A stretch of DNA of 64,000 bases. Source: a virus. Where the stretch lies: the IMG/VR virus record IMGVR_UViG_3300032261_000561; one strand, 5' to 3'. Position numbers and translations under genes: made by a program. Below the pieces are notes generated by a model that saw nothing but the letters and a program-made list of their open reading frames with translations, had not been told where the DNA came from and did not search any database. Below are positions 53,633-63,249 of this stretch, piece after piece (the stretch's first letter is position 1; each line of letters opens with the position of its first letter).

Positions 53633-56625
53633 GTAGAAACCACCGTGGGAATGGGTGCACCGGGGGTCCCCGGGTTGACAACCGTCTGCGCCGGGGGCGG
53701 ACTGTTGTCAGGGGTGTTGGGTGCGTTCCAGAGGTTTCTGATGAAGGGGTTGGACGGCGAGGACACGATCGCGGAAGTGTGGAACCCATGCTCGAAGTCG
53801 AACTGGTGGGTCACTTCATTGACGTAGAACTGCACCGAGTGACCCTGGCACAACACGCGCATACCCGGGAAAAGATCCGGCATGAAGGTCATCGAAATCG
53901 AACTTTGATACTGCGCCGACCACTTCTCCATGAACAGGCGCACGGCCAGCAGGAACTCCATTTCGGCGACGCTCGTCAGAGCGTATTCGACCTGGACGGG
54001 CCGCACCCCGAACCGCGCCATGAGCTGCTTGCCGGTCATGGTTTCTAGATCGCCGGGCGCCACTTTGCGCATCCGCTCGTACAGCTCGGTGTTCTCCACG
54101 GTGGCATAGCCCATGGTCAACAGCCACCCGAGGGTGGCGTCCATCTCGCCAACCATGCTGACTGCACCGTTGACGTAGACGTGGGTGGCCAGCGCGTCAT
54201 CGGAGAAGTTGAGCGTCAAATCTTTCAGCTCGACGTCTTCCAAGATGAAGACCGCCGGTTTGCCGTCCATGCCAAAAAAGTCCGGATAGTAGGCGATGAA
54301 GTCACCATTGGGCGCGCTAGCGAAACTGCGCAAGCCGCCTCCGCATATCGCAGCCACCGCCTGCATGAGCGGCTGGGCGTTGATGAAGTCTTTCTCGCCG
54401 TTCATCATCCCGAACATCGCTGCGGTCTCGCTGATGAACTGGCTCGGATCGAACATATAGGTGAACAGGTTCATCGCGATCTGTTCGCTGCTGCCTCCCG
54501 ACGCCGCCCCATTAACCGAACCCTCCGATGCCAGAACCGTGGAGGGGGAAGCCAACGGAGTATTACCGCCGCCACCGGCGGCCGGATTGAAAGGAGCGGC
54601 GGGATTGGGGCCGCCGTTCGAGCAGAAGCGGAAGACGCCATAGGCAGATGACGGCGAGAAGCTGGCCTTGACCCGATGGATGGGGACCCCCGGCGTAGAG
54701 GCCTCGATGATGGTGCCGTCCCCCAGCCACATCGTGGTGTGCGTCGACTGGGGCTGAATGGTGTCGCCCCGCGCGGCATTAACGCCCATGATCCGCTGGC
54801 CTTTACCGGCCTGGGAGGTGGTGTCGCGGCCGATCTCCAAGCCGATCGAGTGGAAGGCCGCCTGCATCAGGCCCGAGCAGTCATACCCGGCAGGCCCGGT
54901 ACCGCCCCAGACATAGGGCTTGCCAATCTGGGCGTAGCAGAAGTTGATGGCGCCCTCGGAATCGTAGGGAAGATTGCTCGGGGCTTTAGGGCCACTGGGA
55001 CCGGGGGTGCCGCCGCCGGGACCGCTGGTCAGGATGACGGTGGGACTAGAGGTGGGGCTGTTCAAGGCGGTGGTCAACGTGGGATTGTTGCCCAGCACCG
55101 GGGCTAGGGCGGTGGTCTGCTGGACGGGCAGGCTGCTGGTTACCGCACTCGTCGCGGCGGAACCGGGAGCGGCGGTGCTGTTGCGGTACTGCTGCACGTA
55201 CTGGGTGGCCAGCGGGATGGCTGCATCGACTTTGGCCTCATAACCCGCCTGGTCACCCGCCCGTTGCACATCCCAGCCTGCCACCCCGGGATCCATGTTC
55301 TGCCACTGGTACTTCTGCAGCGCGTTGAAAAACATGGTGGCGGCCTGCCGTGGGTTCATCCGCTCGGCCGTGGTACCCCACGCACCCCCGTCCTGCTGCT
55401 GGAAGATTCCCACCGAGCTGCCGTCGTGGCCCACCGCGTCATGCGGCAGGTTCAGAGACTCTTGATTACCGGCGTTGGCATAGTTCACAATCTGGGTTCC
55501 ACCGCCGGTTTCCACCATCGCCACTGCCGCCCCAATGATGGCGGCGTCTTGGTTGGTCATGGCGGTCTTGTAATTCTGAGCCACCTGCTGAGTCTGCTGC
55601 GCGTCGGTGCGGCTAGCCTGATCTCGCGATCCTTCACCGGCCGTGGCCGCCTGCGAGAGTCCGCTGGACAGCTTGATGTTGGTGGTGTTGGGTCCCATGC
55701 CGCAGGCATCACAGGCCTGCACGATCTGGGAAACGTAGAAGGCGGTGCCCCCTCCCGGGTTAATGGGCCCGGGCAATCCGGCGCCGGGGTTGTACCCGGC
55801 GTTTTGGGCGGGGGTGGGGTTGTTCGCGGAGGTACCCTCGATCAGCTGGCGGAAGTACTCACCGGCCTGCCGGTCTGTCGGCTGTTTATTCATCTGGGCT
55901 CGCAGCAGGTCCATAAAGCCGCTGGGGAACCGCTGGATGTGCACGGTGGACGGATCCCAGTGCCCCACCTTGGTCAGCAAGTCGAAGAGCATCTGGCTCA
56001 GGCCGGTGTCGCCGTATTTGCTATTCGGGTTGCTGGGATCAGGGCTCCCGCCGGGAGGAGAGTATTGCTGCTGGTTGAAAAAGTTCAGCGAATCCTGCAA
56101 GCCAGGGTTCCACCAGTAGCACAACAGCCGCTTGAGGGTGCAGGTGGCTTTGAAGGACACGATGGCCGGGTAAATTTGCAGGAAGGGGACAGAGTCCAGG
56201 TAGCCCGAGAACACTTGGATCCAGTCCCCGCCGCGCTTCATGTAGCAAGTCACGCGGTCCATGCGGTAAAACAGCGATCCCCCCATCACCGTGCCATTGG
56301 TGTAGCGCAGGCCCTTGTTGTGGCACTCCCAGATCAGGGTGGAGGCGGCGTTTTCTTTGCGGAGCACCGTACCGCGCACGATATCGGCGCTGATGTCGAA
56401 CTGCTTCCCGTTGTGCGCGATGAGGATGCGGCAGTCGGGGGAGTAGACCAGTGTTCCGTTGACCGGCGGCCAACTGGTGTTGTTCAGCGGCTGAGCGGAA
56501 GGTCCCAGGTTGGGTTGAGGCCCGGGTCCTGCTGGGACGGGCGGCGGGGTGACGGCACCTGTCGGAATGAACTGACCGGGGATCCCGGCTCCGGCCCCGG
56601 TCCTGTCTCCTGGCGTGATAGACAT
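53629..56625 (-). CDS. Baseplate hub protein with lysozyme-like and NlpC/P60 domains
   Basis: AMVETGG...SVGIFQQ...WGT.AERM.P...FF..L...VQR; QIGKPYVWGGTGPAGYDCSGL...HTTMWLG...IIEA; hub C-terminus FMPDLFPGMRV...YVNEVTHQF. Confidence 0.85.
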   Translation of the reverse strand: MSITPGDRTGAGAGIPGQFIPTGAVTPPPVPAGPGPQPNLGPSAQPLNNTSWPPVNGTLVYSPDCRILIAHNGKQFDISADIVRGTVLRKENAASTLIWECHNKGLRYTNGTVMGGSLFYRMDRVTCYMKRGGDWIQVFSGYLDSVPFLQIYPAIVSFKATCTLKRLLCYWWNPGLQDSLNFFNQQQYSPPGGSPDPSNPNSKYGDTGLSQMLFDLLTKVGHWDPSTVHIQRFPSGFMDLLRAQMNKQPTDRQAGEYFRQLIEGTSANNPTPAQNAGYNPGAGLPGPINPGGGTAFYVSQIVQACDACGMGPNTTNIKLSSGLSQAATAGEGSRDQASRTDAQQTQQVAQNYKTAMTNQDAAIIGAAVAMVETGGGTQIVNYANAGNQESLNLPHDAVGHDGSSVGIFQQQDGGAWGTTAERMNPRQAATMFFNALQKYQWQNMDPGVAGWDVQRAGDQAGYEAKVDAAIPLATQYVQQYRNSTAAPGSAATSAVTSSLPVQQTTALAPVLGNNPTLTTALNSPTSSPTVILTSGPGGGTPGPSGPKAPSNLPYDSEGAINFCYAQIGKPYVWGGTGPAGYDCSGLMQAAFHSIGLEIGRDTTSQAGKGQRIMGVNAARGDTIQPQSTHTTMWLGDGTIIEASTPGVPIHRVKASFSPSSAYGVFRFCSNGGPNPAAPFNPAAGGGGNTPLASPSTVLASEGSVNGAASGGSSEQIAMNLFTYMFDPSQFISETAAMFGMMNGEKDFINAQPLMQAVAAICGGGLRSFASAPNGDFIAYYPDFFGMDGKPAVFILEDVELKDLTLNFSDDALATHVYVNGAVSMVGEMDATLGWLLTMGYATVENTELYERMRKVAPGDLETMTGKQLMARFGVRPVQVEYALTSVAEMEFLLAVRLFMEKWSAQYQSSISMTFMPDLFPGMRVLCQGHSVQFYVNEVTHQFDFEHGFHTSAIVSSPSNPFIRNLWNAPNTPDNSPPPAQTVVNPGTPGAPIPTVVST

Positions 56626-56636
56626 CCAATCCCCTC

Positions 56637-57206
56637 CTATACGTTGATCGGCCCTTTAGGGGGCACGGGGGGCAAGGGCACCTGCCCGCCGCCGGGGAAG
56701 GGGGAGTTGGGGGATGGTGTCCCGGGACTGACATCGGGCGGCACGAACATCCCGTCGGGGCTGCCCGCCCCGTAGACGGTGTCGAACAGCGGGGCCTGAC
56801 TCACGACGAAGGTGCGTTGGGAGACGAACGAGTCGATCAGCTCGATGGCGAAGCTGGCGCGCTCGGCGTAGTGGAACCGCTCACCGCCAGCCTTGAAACT
56901 GTGGATCAAGCCGGTCCAGTTCATGATGTTGCGCGCGGGCCAGAACAGCGTGACGCCGGGCTCGACGTAGTTGGTCAGCGCGTTGAGGTGGTGGGTCCGC
57001 ACGAAGTTCTGGAAGGCCCGATACTCGGCTTGGCTGGCGAAGATGACGTCCAGCTGCAACTCGGGATGCTGGGCTTTGATCGGGAAGTAGACCATCATCT
57101 TCTTGGTCTGTCCGCTCATCATGGTGCCGAACATGGGCGCGGAAAACCGCAGGACGTTCATGGTGAACTCCCCGGCGTAGGTGGTCCGGATCAGCAGTCG
57201 GCTCAC
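56637..57206 (-). CDS. Tail/baseplate-associated protein
   Basis: GTG at 57206 (GTGA overlap); 189 aa. Confidence 0.65.
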   Translation of the reverse strand: MSRLLIRTTYAGEFTMNVLRFSAPMFGTMMSGQTKKMMVYFPIKAQHPELQLDVIFASQAEYRAFQNFVRTHHLNALTNYVEPGVTLFWPARNIMNWTGLIHSFKAGGERFHYAERASFAIELIDSFVSQRTFVVSQAPLFDTVYGAGSPDGMFVPPDVSPGTPSPNSPFPGGGQVPLPPVPPKGPINV

Positions 57207-57385
57207 CGGAAAGCTCCCGGCGCGGGTTGGCGTATCCGCTCGTCGAAGTCGTCGGAGGTGATCATGTAGACCAGGCCAATCTCGTAACTGAAGCCGATGC
57301 CGTTGAGGTTGACGTCCGGTGGATACTGGGCGGCCACCGGATTGGGGCGCGAAATAGGACAGTTGGAGGCATAACCCATGGACAT
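57203..57385 (-). CDS. Small hypothetical protein in the tail module
   Basis: 60 aa; AAGGAG RBS; coupled to the next gene. Confidence 0.6.
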   Translation of the reverse strand: MSMGYASNCPISRPNPVAAQYPPDVNLNGIGFSYEIGLVYMITSDDFDERIRQPAPGAFR

Positions 57386-57394
57386 GAGATCTCC

Positions 57395-58237
57395 TTAGAC
57401 AGTGACAACTTTGGGGCCGGGGGGAGCAGCAGGAGGAGCACCGGGAGCGGGAGGGGCACCAGGAGCTGGTGGAGCACCGGGAGCGGTGCCAGGATTGGGG
57501 TTCGTCGCGTTGGGGAGCAGAAGGGTGGAGAAGCCCCCGCCGCTTCCGCCGGTGCCGGTGCCGGGGCCCTGGTAGGGGCCGTACGCCGAGCCGCTGTTGT
57601 AGCGATCGCGCTTCCAGCCGATGCCGTCTCGCATCCTGTTCAGAGTGGTGTCGATGATGGCGCCGGAGACGATGCCGGAGACGTCTTCCTGGACCTTGAA
57701 GTGCAGCTCCAACGGCCGCACGGTGGCATCCACCTCGTCTTTGAACGGGATGGACAGCGCGTAGACCTTGAACTTCCAGTTGCGGGTCGTGTACTGGAAG
57801 GTGGCTGGCTGCGCCAGTGGGTTCTTCTGGTAATCCAGGTAGTCGCGCAGCCACAGCGCAAGGTTGGCGGCATAGGACCACCCGGCGTTCCCGGCCTCAA
57901 CAACCACGATCAGGTCGTCGATCTTGCAGGACAAGATCTGCACCACCCTGCCGCCGAACGTCTGCTCGATGTTGGTGTTGAGCGTGTAGGAGAAATTGAC
58001 CAGGTTGGGGTTGGTGCGGAAGCGCCAGGTGTGCCCGGCGTACGACAGCGAGGCGATGCCCCGCAAAGGGGACTGGAAGTCCGAGCTGGAATAGTTTTGC
58101 GGTGCCGTAACCGGGATCTGCTTGAAAGGCAGTTCCGGCATCGCCTGGACGGCCGACTGGGGGCCGAACGGATTGGTCAGCGGGTTGGTGACCGGCCCGG
58201 GTGCTGGACCGACCGGAGGCAGATTTCCAATGGGCAT
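57395..58237 (-). CDS. Putative tail-tube initiator / baseplate protein
   Basis: FRTNPN.V.FSY......QTFGGRVVQIL; follows the tape measure gene. Confidence 0.65.
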   Translation of the reverse strand: MPIGNLPPVGPAPGPVTNPLTNPFGPQSAVQAMPELPFKQIPVTAPQNYSSSDFQSPLRGIASLSYAGHTWRFRTNPNLVNFSYTLNTNIEQTFGGRVVQILSCKIDDLIVVVEAGNAGWSYAANLALWLRDYLDYQKNPLAQPATFQYTTRNWKFKVYALSIPFKDEVDATVRPLELHFKVQEDVSGIVSGAIIDTTLNRMRDGIGWKRDRYNSGSAYGPYQGPGTGTGGSGGGFSTLLLPNATNPNPGTAPGAPPAPGAPPAPGAPPAAPPGPKVVTV

Positions 58238-60714
58238 CAGCCGTACCTCATCCCGCGCGAAGTGATGCCGTCACCGGGCGGCGCGTTGTTCTTGGTGGCG
58301 TTGCCGTAGCCCGCGTTGGCCGCCTGTTCGTTGGAGGTGATCGGGACGTAGTTGGGCACGTTGAGGACTTGGCGCATGTTGGCCGGATGCACGGTGACCT
58401 TCAGTTCGCCGGATAAGCCGCTGGGCTTGGTGCCGCCTCGGCCGTCCCCCGAACCGGGACCACCCGAACGATCAGTGGCTCCCGGGATGTCGGAGAGCTT
58501 GCTGCCCGCGCCGGTGTCGCCTTTCTGACGCACCCGTATCTTGCCGCTCTTGAGGTCTCTGAGCATGTCGGCGTTGGTGGGATCGAAGGTCTTCCAGTCG
58601 CTCCCTGCTCCCACCTCGAAGCCATGGCCACCGAAGGCGGTCACCAAGTTTTGTTCGATGTCGAGCGACTCGCTCTGGCCGGTCATACCGTGCTTCTCGG
58701 CATAGCGCTGAGCGACATCATCGGGGATGGAGAGGTTCGCTCCCCCAAGTCCACCTATCCCCCCGAGCCCGAAGGGACCACCCATCCGATCAGTCAGCGC
58801 CTTTCGGCCCTGCGCAATCTGACCTTGCCTGCGCGCCTTGGCATCCTGATCCCGTGCCGTCTGATCCTCCACCAAAGGATCGTCTTTGGCCCCACTCCCC
58901 ACTTTGCCCGCAGAGTCCATCATTTTCTTTGCCTCAGCACGGTTTAGATTGACGCCCAGCAAACTCCTCATGTTCAACTGGAACATCATCACGTTGCCGT
59001 GGGACATCTTCGCGATCCATGCGATCGTGTTCCACTCCGCGCTGGAAAACTGACCGTTGCTTATCAAGGCTTCGGTAATCGAACCGGGATCACCGGCGGT
59101 GGCGCCAGGGACCTTTATCGGGGTGCCGCCGGGTCCGCCGTGCGCCTGCAGCAGCAAACCCGCTGTGGGTTTGCCCATGATCGCGTTCTTCAGGTTGGCG
59201 CCCATGTCCGCCATCCCGGGCTGGCCGGAAAATTCCTGACCGGCTTCGACGCCAAGCTGGTAAGCCCCCTGTGGTGAAGCCCCGGCCTGTATCGCGCCCC
59301 CTGAAACCGACTCGAAAGCCCGCTCGCGCTCTGGCAGCGTGTTGTAGCCGGTCTGTGACAGCGCCTTCATGGTTGCCATCGACTGCGACAGGTTCTGGGT
59401 CAACCCGATGACCGACTCGTTGCTGTTGTGCACCCCTTCTTGCAGGATTTTCTGGGACTCTGCCACCGACATGTTCATGTCCTTGAGGTTGGACGCCATG
59501 AACGCAGTGACGGTGTCGAACTCCTTGCCGGTGTAGCCCTGTGTCAGCGCGCTCTGGATGATTTCGCGGGACTGCTGAGTGGTGAGGAACGGGTTCAGCG
59601 CCATCATGCGGGCCTGCATCTCGTAGCCGAAGCCCTCACCGAAGCCGCCGCCTCGGATCTGCCCCAGCGCCCGGTAACGCTGGATCTCCCCGCCGATCTT
59701 CTTGTAGGCCCCGTAGGCGGCCACACCTGCGGTAATCCCGGCGCCCGCTATCCCCAGGCCCTTGCCGAGTTTGCCCAGTTGGCCGCCGCCCTTCTTGGGG
59801 CTCTCCTCCCCCTCGCCTTCCTCTGGCTCTTCGACGCCTTCCTCGGTTTCCCCTTCCGTCGGGACGGACGGCTCCTCCCCTCCCGTCCCGGCCGTGCGGA
59901 TCCTGGGCCCCCCGGTGGGCGCCGACGGGTCAGGTCTGCTTCGTTGGAGCTTGGCTCCCCAGTTCTGCAGGGCCCGGCCGACCATGCCTCCCAAGCCGCG
60001 TCCACCGACACCCGCCGCGCCCGCCACAGTGCCCGCCGTACCCGCCCAGTCCGCCACCCTGTCACGCCACGATTCCCACGGGGCTGCCGGAGCCTGAGGG
60101 GAAGCGCGTCCCCTACCGCCGCCGCCGCCACCCCTGGCGGGTGCTGTGCGCTTGGCCTCCTCCTGCTGCTGCCCCTGGTCGCGGACGGCGATGCGTTCGG
60201 CCAGCCTGTCCAGGGACTCCTGGGAAATCGACACCTGAGGCAATTCACCCTGCTTGCCGCCACCCCAGGCCGCCCGAGCGTTGAGATAGGCACGCGGATC
60301 CTGTTGCGCCAGTTGATCGAGCATGGTCTGCGCGCCACCAGTGGGTATCTGGGGGACGACGGCCGGGGTTCGGTGCGCCGGAACACCCATACCCTCGGTC
60401 ACCCCGGCCCACGGCTGGGCGTGAGTCCCGGTGGGTACCGCCGTGCTCACCTGCGGCTGGGCACCTTTCGCGGTGAGGGCCCCCATCCGCTCCATGGTGG
60501 CGGCCAGGCTACGACTGCTCTCGGAGGTACGTTCCTGGGCCTCGTTGAGCAGCTGGATGTAGCGGGTGAAGCTGTCCACACTGCGCGCGGCCGCGTCACT
60601 GTTGGTGCGCAGGCGTTCCAGCTCGGTGTTGATCTCGCGCATCTGCGCGCTGGCCTCGGCGGGGATCTCGAAGTTGACCCGTGCCGAGATGAAGTCGTCG
60701 CCACCTGTGGTCAT
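58237..60714 (-). CDS. Tape measure protein
   Basis: 825 aa, G/A-rich with an N-terminal coiled coil; directly after the frameshifted chaperone pair. Confidence 0.8.
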   Translation of the reverse strand: MTTGGDDFISARVNFEIPAEASAQMREINTELERLRTNSDAAARSVDSFTRYIQLLNEAQERTSESSRSLAATMERMGALTAKGAQPQVSTAVPTGTHAQPWAGVTEGMGVPAHRTPAVVPQIPTGGAQTMLDQLAQQDPRAYLNARAAWGGGKQGELPQVSISQESLDRLAERIAVRDQGQQQEEAKRTAPARGGGGGGRGRASPQAPAAPWESWRDRVADWAGTAGTVAGAAGVGGRGLGGMVGRALQNWGAKLQRSRPDPSAPTGGPRIRTAGTGGEEPSVPTEGETEEGVEEPEEGEGEESPKKGGGQLGKLGKGLGIAGAGITAGVAAYGAYKKIGGEIQRYRALGQIRGGGFGEGFGYEMQARMMALNPFLTTQQSREIIQSALTQGYTGKEFDTVTAFMASNLKDMNMSVAESQKILQEGVHNSNESVIGLTQNLSQSMATMKALSQTGYNTLPERERAFESVSGGAIQAGASPQGAYQLGVEAGQEFSGQPGMADMGANLKNAIMGKPTAGLLLQAHGGPGGTPIKVPGATAGDPGSITEALISNGQFSSAEWNTIAWIAKMSHGNVMMFQLNMRSLLGVNLNRAEAKKMMDSAGKVGSGAKDDPLVEDQTARDQDAKARRQGQIAQGRKALTDRMGGPFGLGGIGGLGGANLSIPDDVAQRYAEKHGMTGQSESLDIEQNLVTAFGGHGFEVGAGSDWKTFDPTNADMLRDLKSGKIRVRQKGDTGAGSKLSDIPGATDRSGGPGSGDGRGGTKPSGLSGELKVTVHPANMRQVLNVPNYVPITSNEQAANAGYGNATKNNAPPGDGITSRGMRYG

Positions 60715-61133
60715 AAGCGACGCCCGGTGGAGACGTAGTCAGGCGGCAGCTGCCCGGCGGCGATCCAGCGTTTGACCGCGTTGTTCTCCTGCTGTTCCAG
60801 GAACTGGTCGATCGCGTCGTAGTCGCTGTCCTGCAAGGGCAGACCCTGCTCTTTGAAGCCGTCTTCCTCCTGCTCTTCGTCCTCGTCCTCGATGCCCAGC
60901 TCTTTGAGGATCTCCTCGCGGTACAGCTCGATCCAGCGCGGGGGGTTCAGATTGAAGGTTTGCTCGATCAGCTCGGCGTGCTTGTCTTCCTTCTCGGTTC
61001 GCCGCTTCAGGTACACCCAGTACAGCAACGCCCAGAACTGAGCCTTACTCAGCTCTTTCTGATGGAGCAAACCTCGTTCGTGGGCTAGGCGCACTTCCAG
61101 CTCCGACTTTGCGTCTAGCCTTTTTGTTTTCCC
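60711..61133 (-). CDS. Tail assembly chaperone, C-terminal extension reached by -1 frameshift
   Basis: Open -1 frame (KTKRLDAKSELEVRL...) overlapping the chaperone end; no obvious start of its own. Confidence 0.75.
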   Translation of the reverse strand, partial: GKTKRLDAKSELEVRLAHERGLLHQKELSKAQFWALLYWVYLKRRTEKEDKHAELIEQTFNLNPPRWIELYREEILKELGIEDEDEEQEEDGFKEQGLPLQDSDYDAIDQFLEQQENNAVKRWIAAGQLPPDYVSTGRRL

Positions 61134-61846
61134 AGTTTGTCCAGCAGCTCGGCGAATTTGATGTCGAGGTTCATGATCGCCCGGTAGATCTCGGTGACCA
61201 CTGCCGGATAGAGCTTCTCGATCTCGGCCGCTCGCTTCACGAAGATGGACTGTGCTGACTCCTCGTCGGACAACGGCTGGTAGAGGGGCTTGTGATCCAG
61301 CTGGCGGACCCCGGCCGCGCACACCGCGATCTGGTAGGACCGCGAGTCCGCCGGTGGGGCGTCCTGATACTCCTTGCAGTACAGCCCGATGCGCTGGTCG
61401 TCGCCCACTGACAGGCTCTCGATTTCCACCGGGTGCCCGAAGACATCGACGATGTCGGTCATGCGCCCCAGCGTGAGCAGCGAGGAGAACAGCTGGCGCT
61501 CGGCCGGGGTCAGCTCGGTGACCTTCTCCTCCTCCTCAGGCTCCTCGGGTAGTTCCCCCTCCTTGGGCTCGAATCCCGGGGGACCCTCGTCGTCGCCGTG
61601 AAATTTGGCGAAGGGTTCGCTGGCCGGTTGGAAGGCGGCGATGTTTTTCGCCGCCTCCTCGGCCTCCTGCTGGGCGCGCATCAAGCCCGGGTGCACCATG
61701 GCCGGGACCCCCACGTTGGGGCCTGCCCCGGGATTCTGGGCGGACATAGCACCCATCGGGACGACGGGCTGTGCCAGTGAGGGCTCGACGAACTCGTTGA
61801 TTGGTTGCACCTGCGCTGGATTAGGGGTTAGTCGACGTCCTGCCAT
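61115..61846 (-). CDS. Tail assembly chaperone
   Basis: Lies between the tube region and tape measure; ends ...LGKQKG over GGGAAAA; start at MAGRRL (TGATG overlap). Confidence 0.78.
   Translation of the reverse strand: MAGRRLTPNPAQVQPINEFVEPSLAQPVVPMGAMSAQNPGAGPNVGVPAMVHPGLMRAQQEAEEAAKNIAAFQPASEPFAKFHGDDEGPPGFEPKEGELPEEPEEEEKVTELTPAERQLFSSLLTLGRMTDIVDVFGHPVEIESLSVGDDQRIGLYCKEYQDAPPADSRSYQIAVCAAGVRQLDHKPLYQPLSDEESAQSIFVKRAAEIEKLYPAVVTEIYRAIMNLDIKFAELLDKLGKQKG
61127..61133 (-). other. Programmed -1 frameshift slippery site G GGA AAA
   Basis: X XXY YYZ heptamer just before the chaperone stop, as in mycobacteriophage tail chaperones. Confidence 0.85.
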
Positions 61847-62475
61847 CAGATTCTCTCCGCTACTTCCCGAGCCTCGTTGGCACTGTTGTAGGGACCGGAA
61901 TGCGGCTTCCAACCACTTTCCTGATCCGGCCGGTGCCAGATCCGGTAGAACTTCTTCGGGGTTTGGCCGACGTACCTGGTGTTGTCCTCGTTGCGATAGC
62001 CGCCGTACTCGTTCTTGGTCCAACCGCGCTCATCCGGCGGTCCGACAACCCGGGGATAGCTGCGCGGCCTGGTGGTGCGCTGCCATTCGGGCAGCTCTGA
62101 CTCATCCTCGGCGGCGGTGGTTTCACGTGAAACACGAGCCATGGTGCCCGCCCAAATGCGTGAGCCCATGCGTTCAACCAGAGCGCCGGTCATGGGCACC
62201 GCCGTCGGAACCTGGGTCCCGAAAGGCTGGCCGGTGAACGGGTTCACATCCCCCGGCTGCATGACGCGCGGAGCACCGCTCGCCGTCGAGCCGGTCCCCA
62301 GCGAGGGATCGATCGTCGACTGTTGCGGCAGATGAGGCGAGCTGCTGGGGGGAGTTGGAATCTTCGGCTGGTGCAACCCCGGCGCCTTGGGCGTGGTGAG
62401 CGGCTTGGACTGGGCCGGTGCGTCAAAACCCCTGAGCCCGAACTGATCCGCCTGTCGAACAATGGACTGCGGCAT
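61846..62475 (-). CDS. Pro-rich hypothetical protein
   Basis: AGGAAGGG RBS before MPQSIV; stop overlaps the chaperone start. Confidence 0.6.
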   Translation of the reverse strand: MPQSIVRQADQFGLRGFDAPAQSKPLTTPKAPGLHQPKIPTPPSSSPHLPQQSTIDPSLGTGSTASGAPRVMQPGDVNPFTGQPFGTQVPTAVPMTGALVERMGSRIWAGTMARVSRETTAAEDESELPEWQRTTRPRSYPRVVGPPDERGWTKNEYGGYRNEDNTRYVGQTPKKFYRIWHRPDQESGWKPHSGPYNSANEAREVAERI

Positions 62476-62522
62476 GTGATCCCTTCCTAAAGAGGGCCTC
62501 TTCACCCTCTATAGGACGAGAG

Positions 62523-63188
62523 CTACACGCCTACAGGTTTGCGATATCCGTTGTTGACGTGCGCAACTTTCCAGGCCGCTTCGTGTTGCTCGTCGGTGAC
62601 CAAATGAGCGCGAGCCTGCAGCCAATCGAACAAATCGTCCTCCCACAGCACATAGCAAGTCCATCCATGTCTGGCGTAATCCTGCTTCGTCTGGGCCTCG
62701 TGCTCAGATGGGTGCCAGTAACTGCCGAAGTACTCGTAGACCTGCTTGGCGGGCTCATTGACGAAATCAGGCACCCGGCGCCCGACGCGGATCCCGGTCG
62801 CGTGCCGATAGCCTAGCGCCTCCATGTACGGCACCAGCGCCAGTTCGTGGTTGGAACAGCGCTTCTTGGTCCCGAAGTGCACATTGCGGCGTCGGCCCTC
62901 AGTCTTGGCCCGTGCCCACTCAGCCTTCTTGGCCTCGGACATCTTGCGGCATACCTCAGCTCGCTTTTCCTCAGACCACGCTGCCCGTGTAGCTGCCGTC
63001 TTCTCGTTCTTATCGGCCCACACACCAAGCTCCCAATTCTTTCGAGTGGCCTGGCGCATTATCTCGCGCTGTTCGGGGGTGCTTTTGGCCGTGTGTCTCT
63101 TACAGGTACAGCCGGGCTCGCATTTGCGAGCCCTCTTAGCGACATGCTCGGGTTTCTGCTTGCGTCCCTTGAGGGGATGATTCATCAC
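62523..63188 (-). CDS. Free-standing homing-endonuclease-like protein (NUMOD3 motifs + Vsr/PD-(D/E)XK nuclease)
   Basis: KGRKQKPEH, TPEQREIM, WSEEKR..MSEAKK; VPDF...VYEYFGSYWH...GWTCYVLWED. Confidence 0.8.
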   Translation of the reverse strand: MMNHPLKGRKQKPEHVAKRARKCEPGCTCKRHTAKSTPEQREIMRQATRKNWELGVWADKNEKTAATRAAWSEEKRAEVCRKMSEAKKAEWARAKTEGRRRNVHFGTKKRCSNHELALVPYMEALGYRHATGIRVGRRVPDFVNEPAKQVYEYFGSYWHPSEHEAQTKQDYARHGWTCYVLWEDDLFDWLQARAHLVTDEQHEAAWKVAHVNNGYRKPVGV

Positions 63189-63190
63189 AC

Positions 63191-63207
63191 GATCGTACTA
63201 TACGATC
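63191..63207. promoter_or_regulatory. Perfect inverted repeat GATCGTA-CTA-TACGATC containing a TATAGT -10 (minus strand)
   Basis: Immediately upstream of the endonuclease start. Confidence 0.55.
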
Positions 63208-63249
63208 TCTAGCTAACTTCCTAAATCAGGGTTTACGCAGGTCAGATGG

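Noticed and set aside
57420-57500. Short GGAGCACC-type tandem repeats as a regulatory array
   Set aside because: They encode the PGAPPA low-complexity tail of the 280-aa protein
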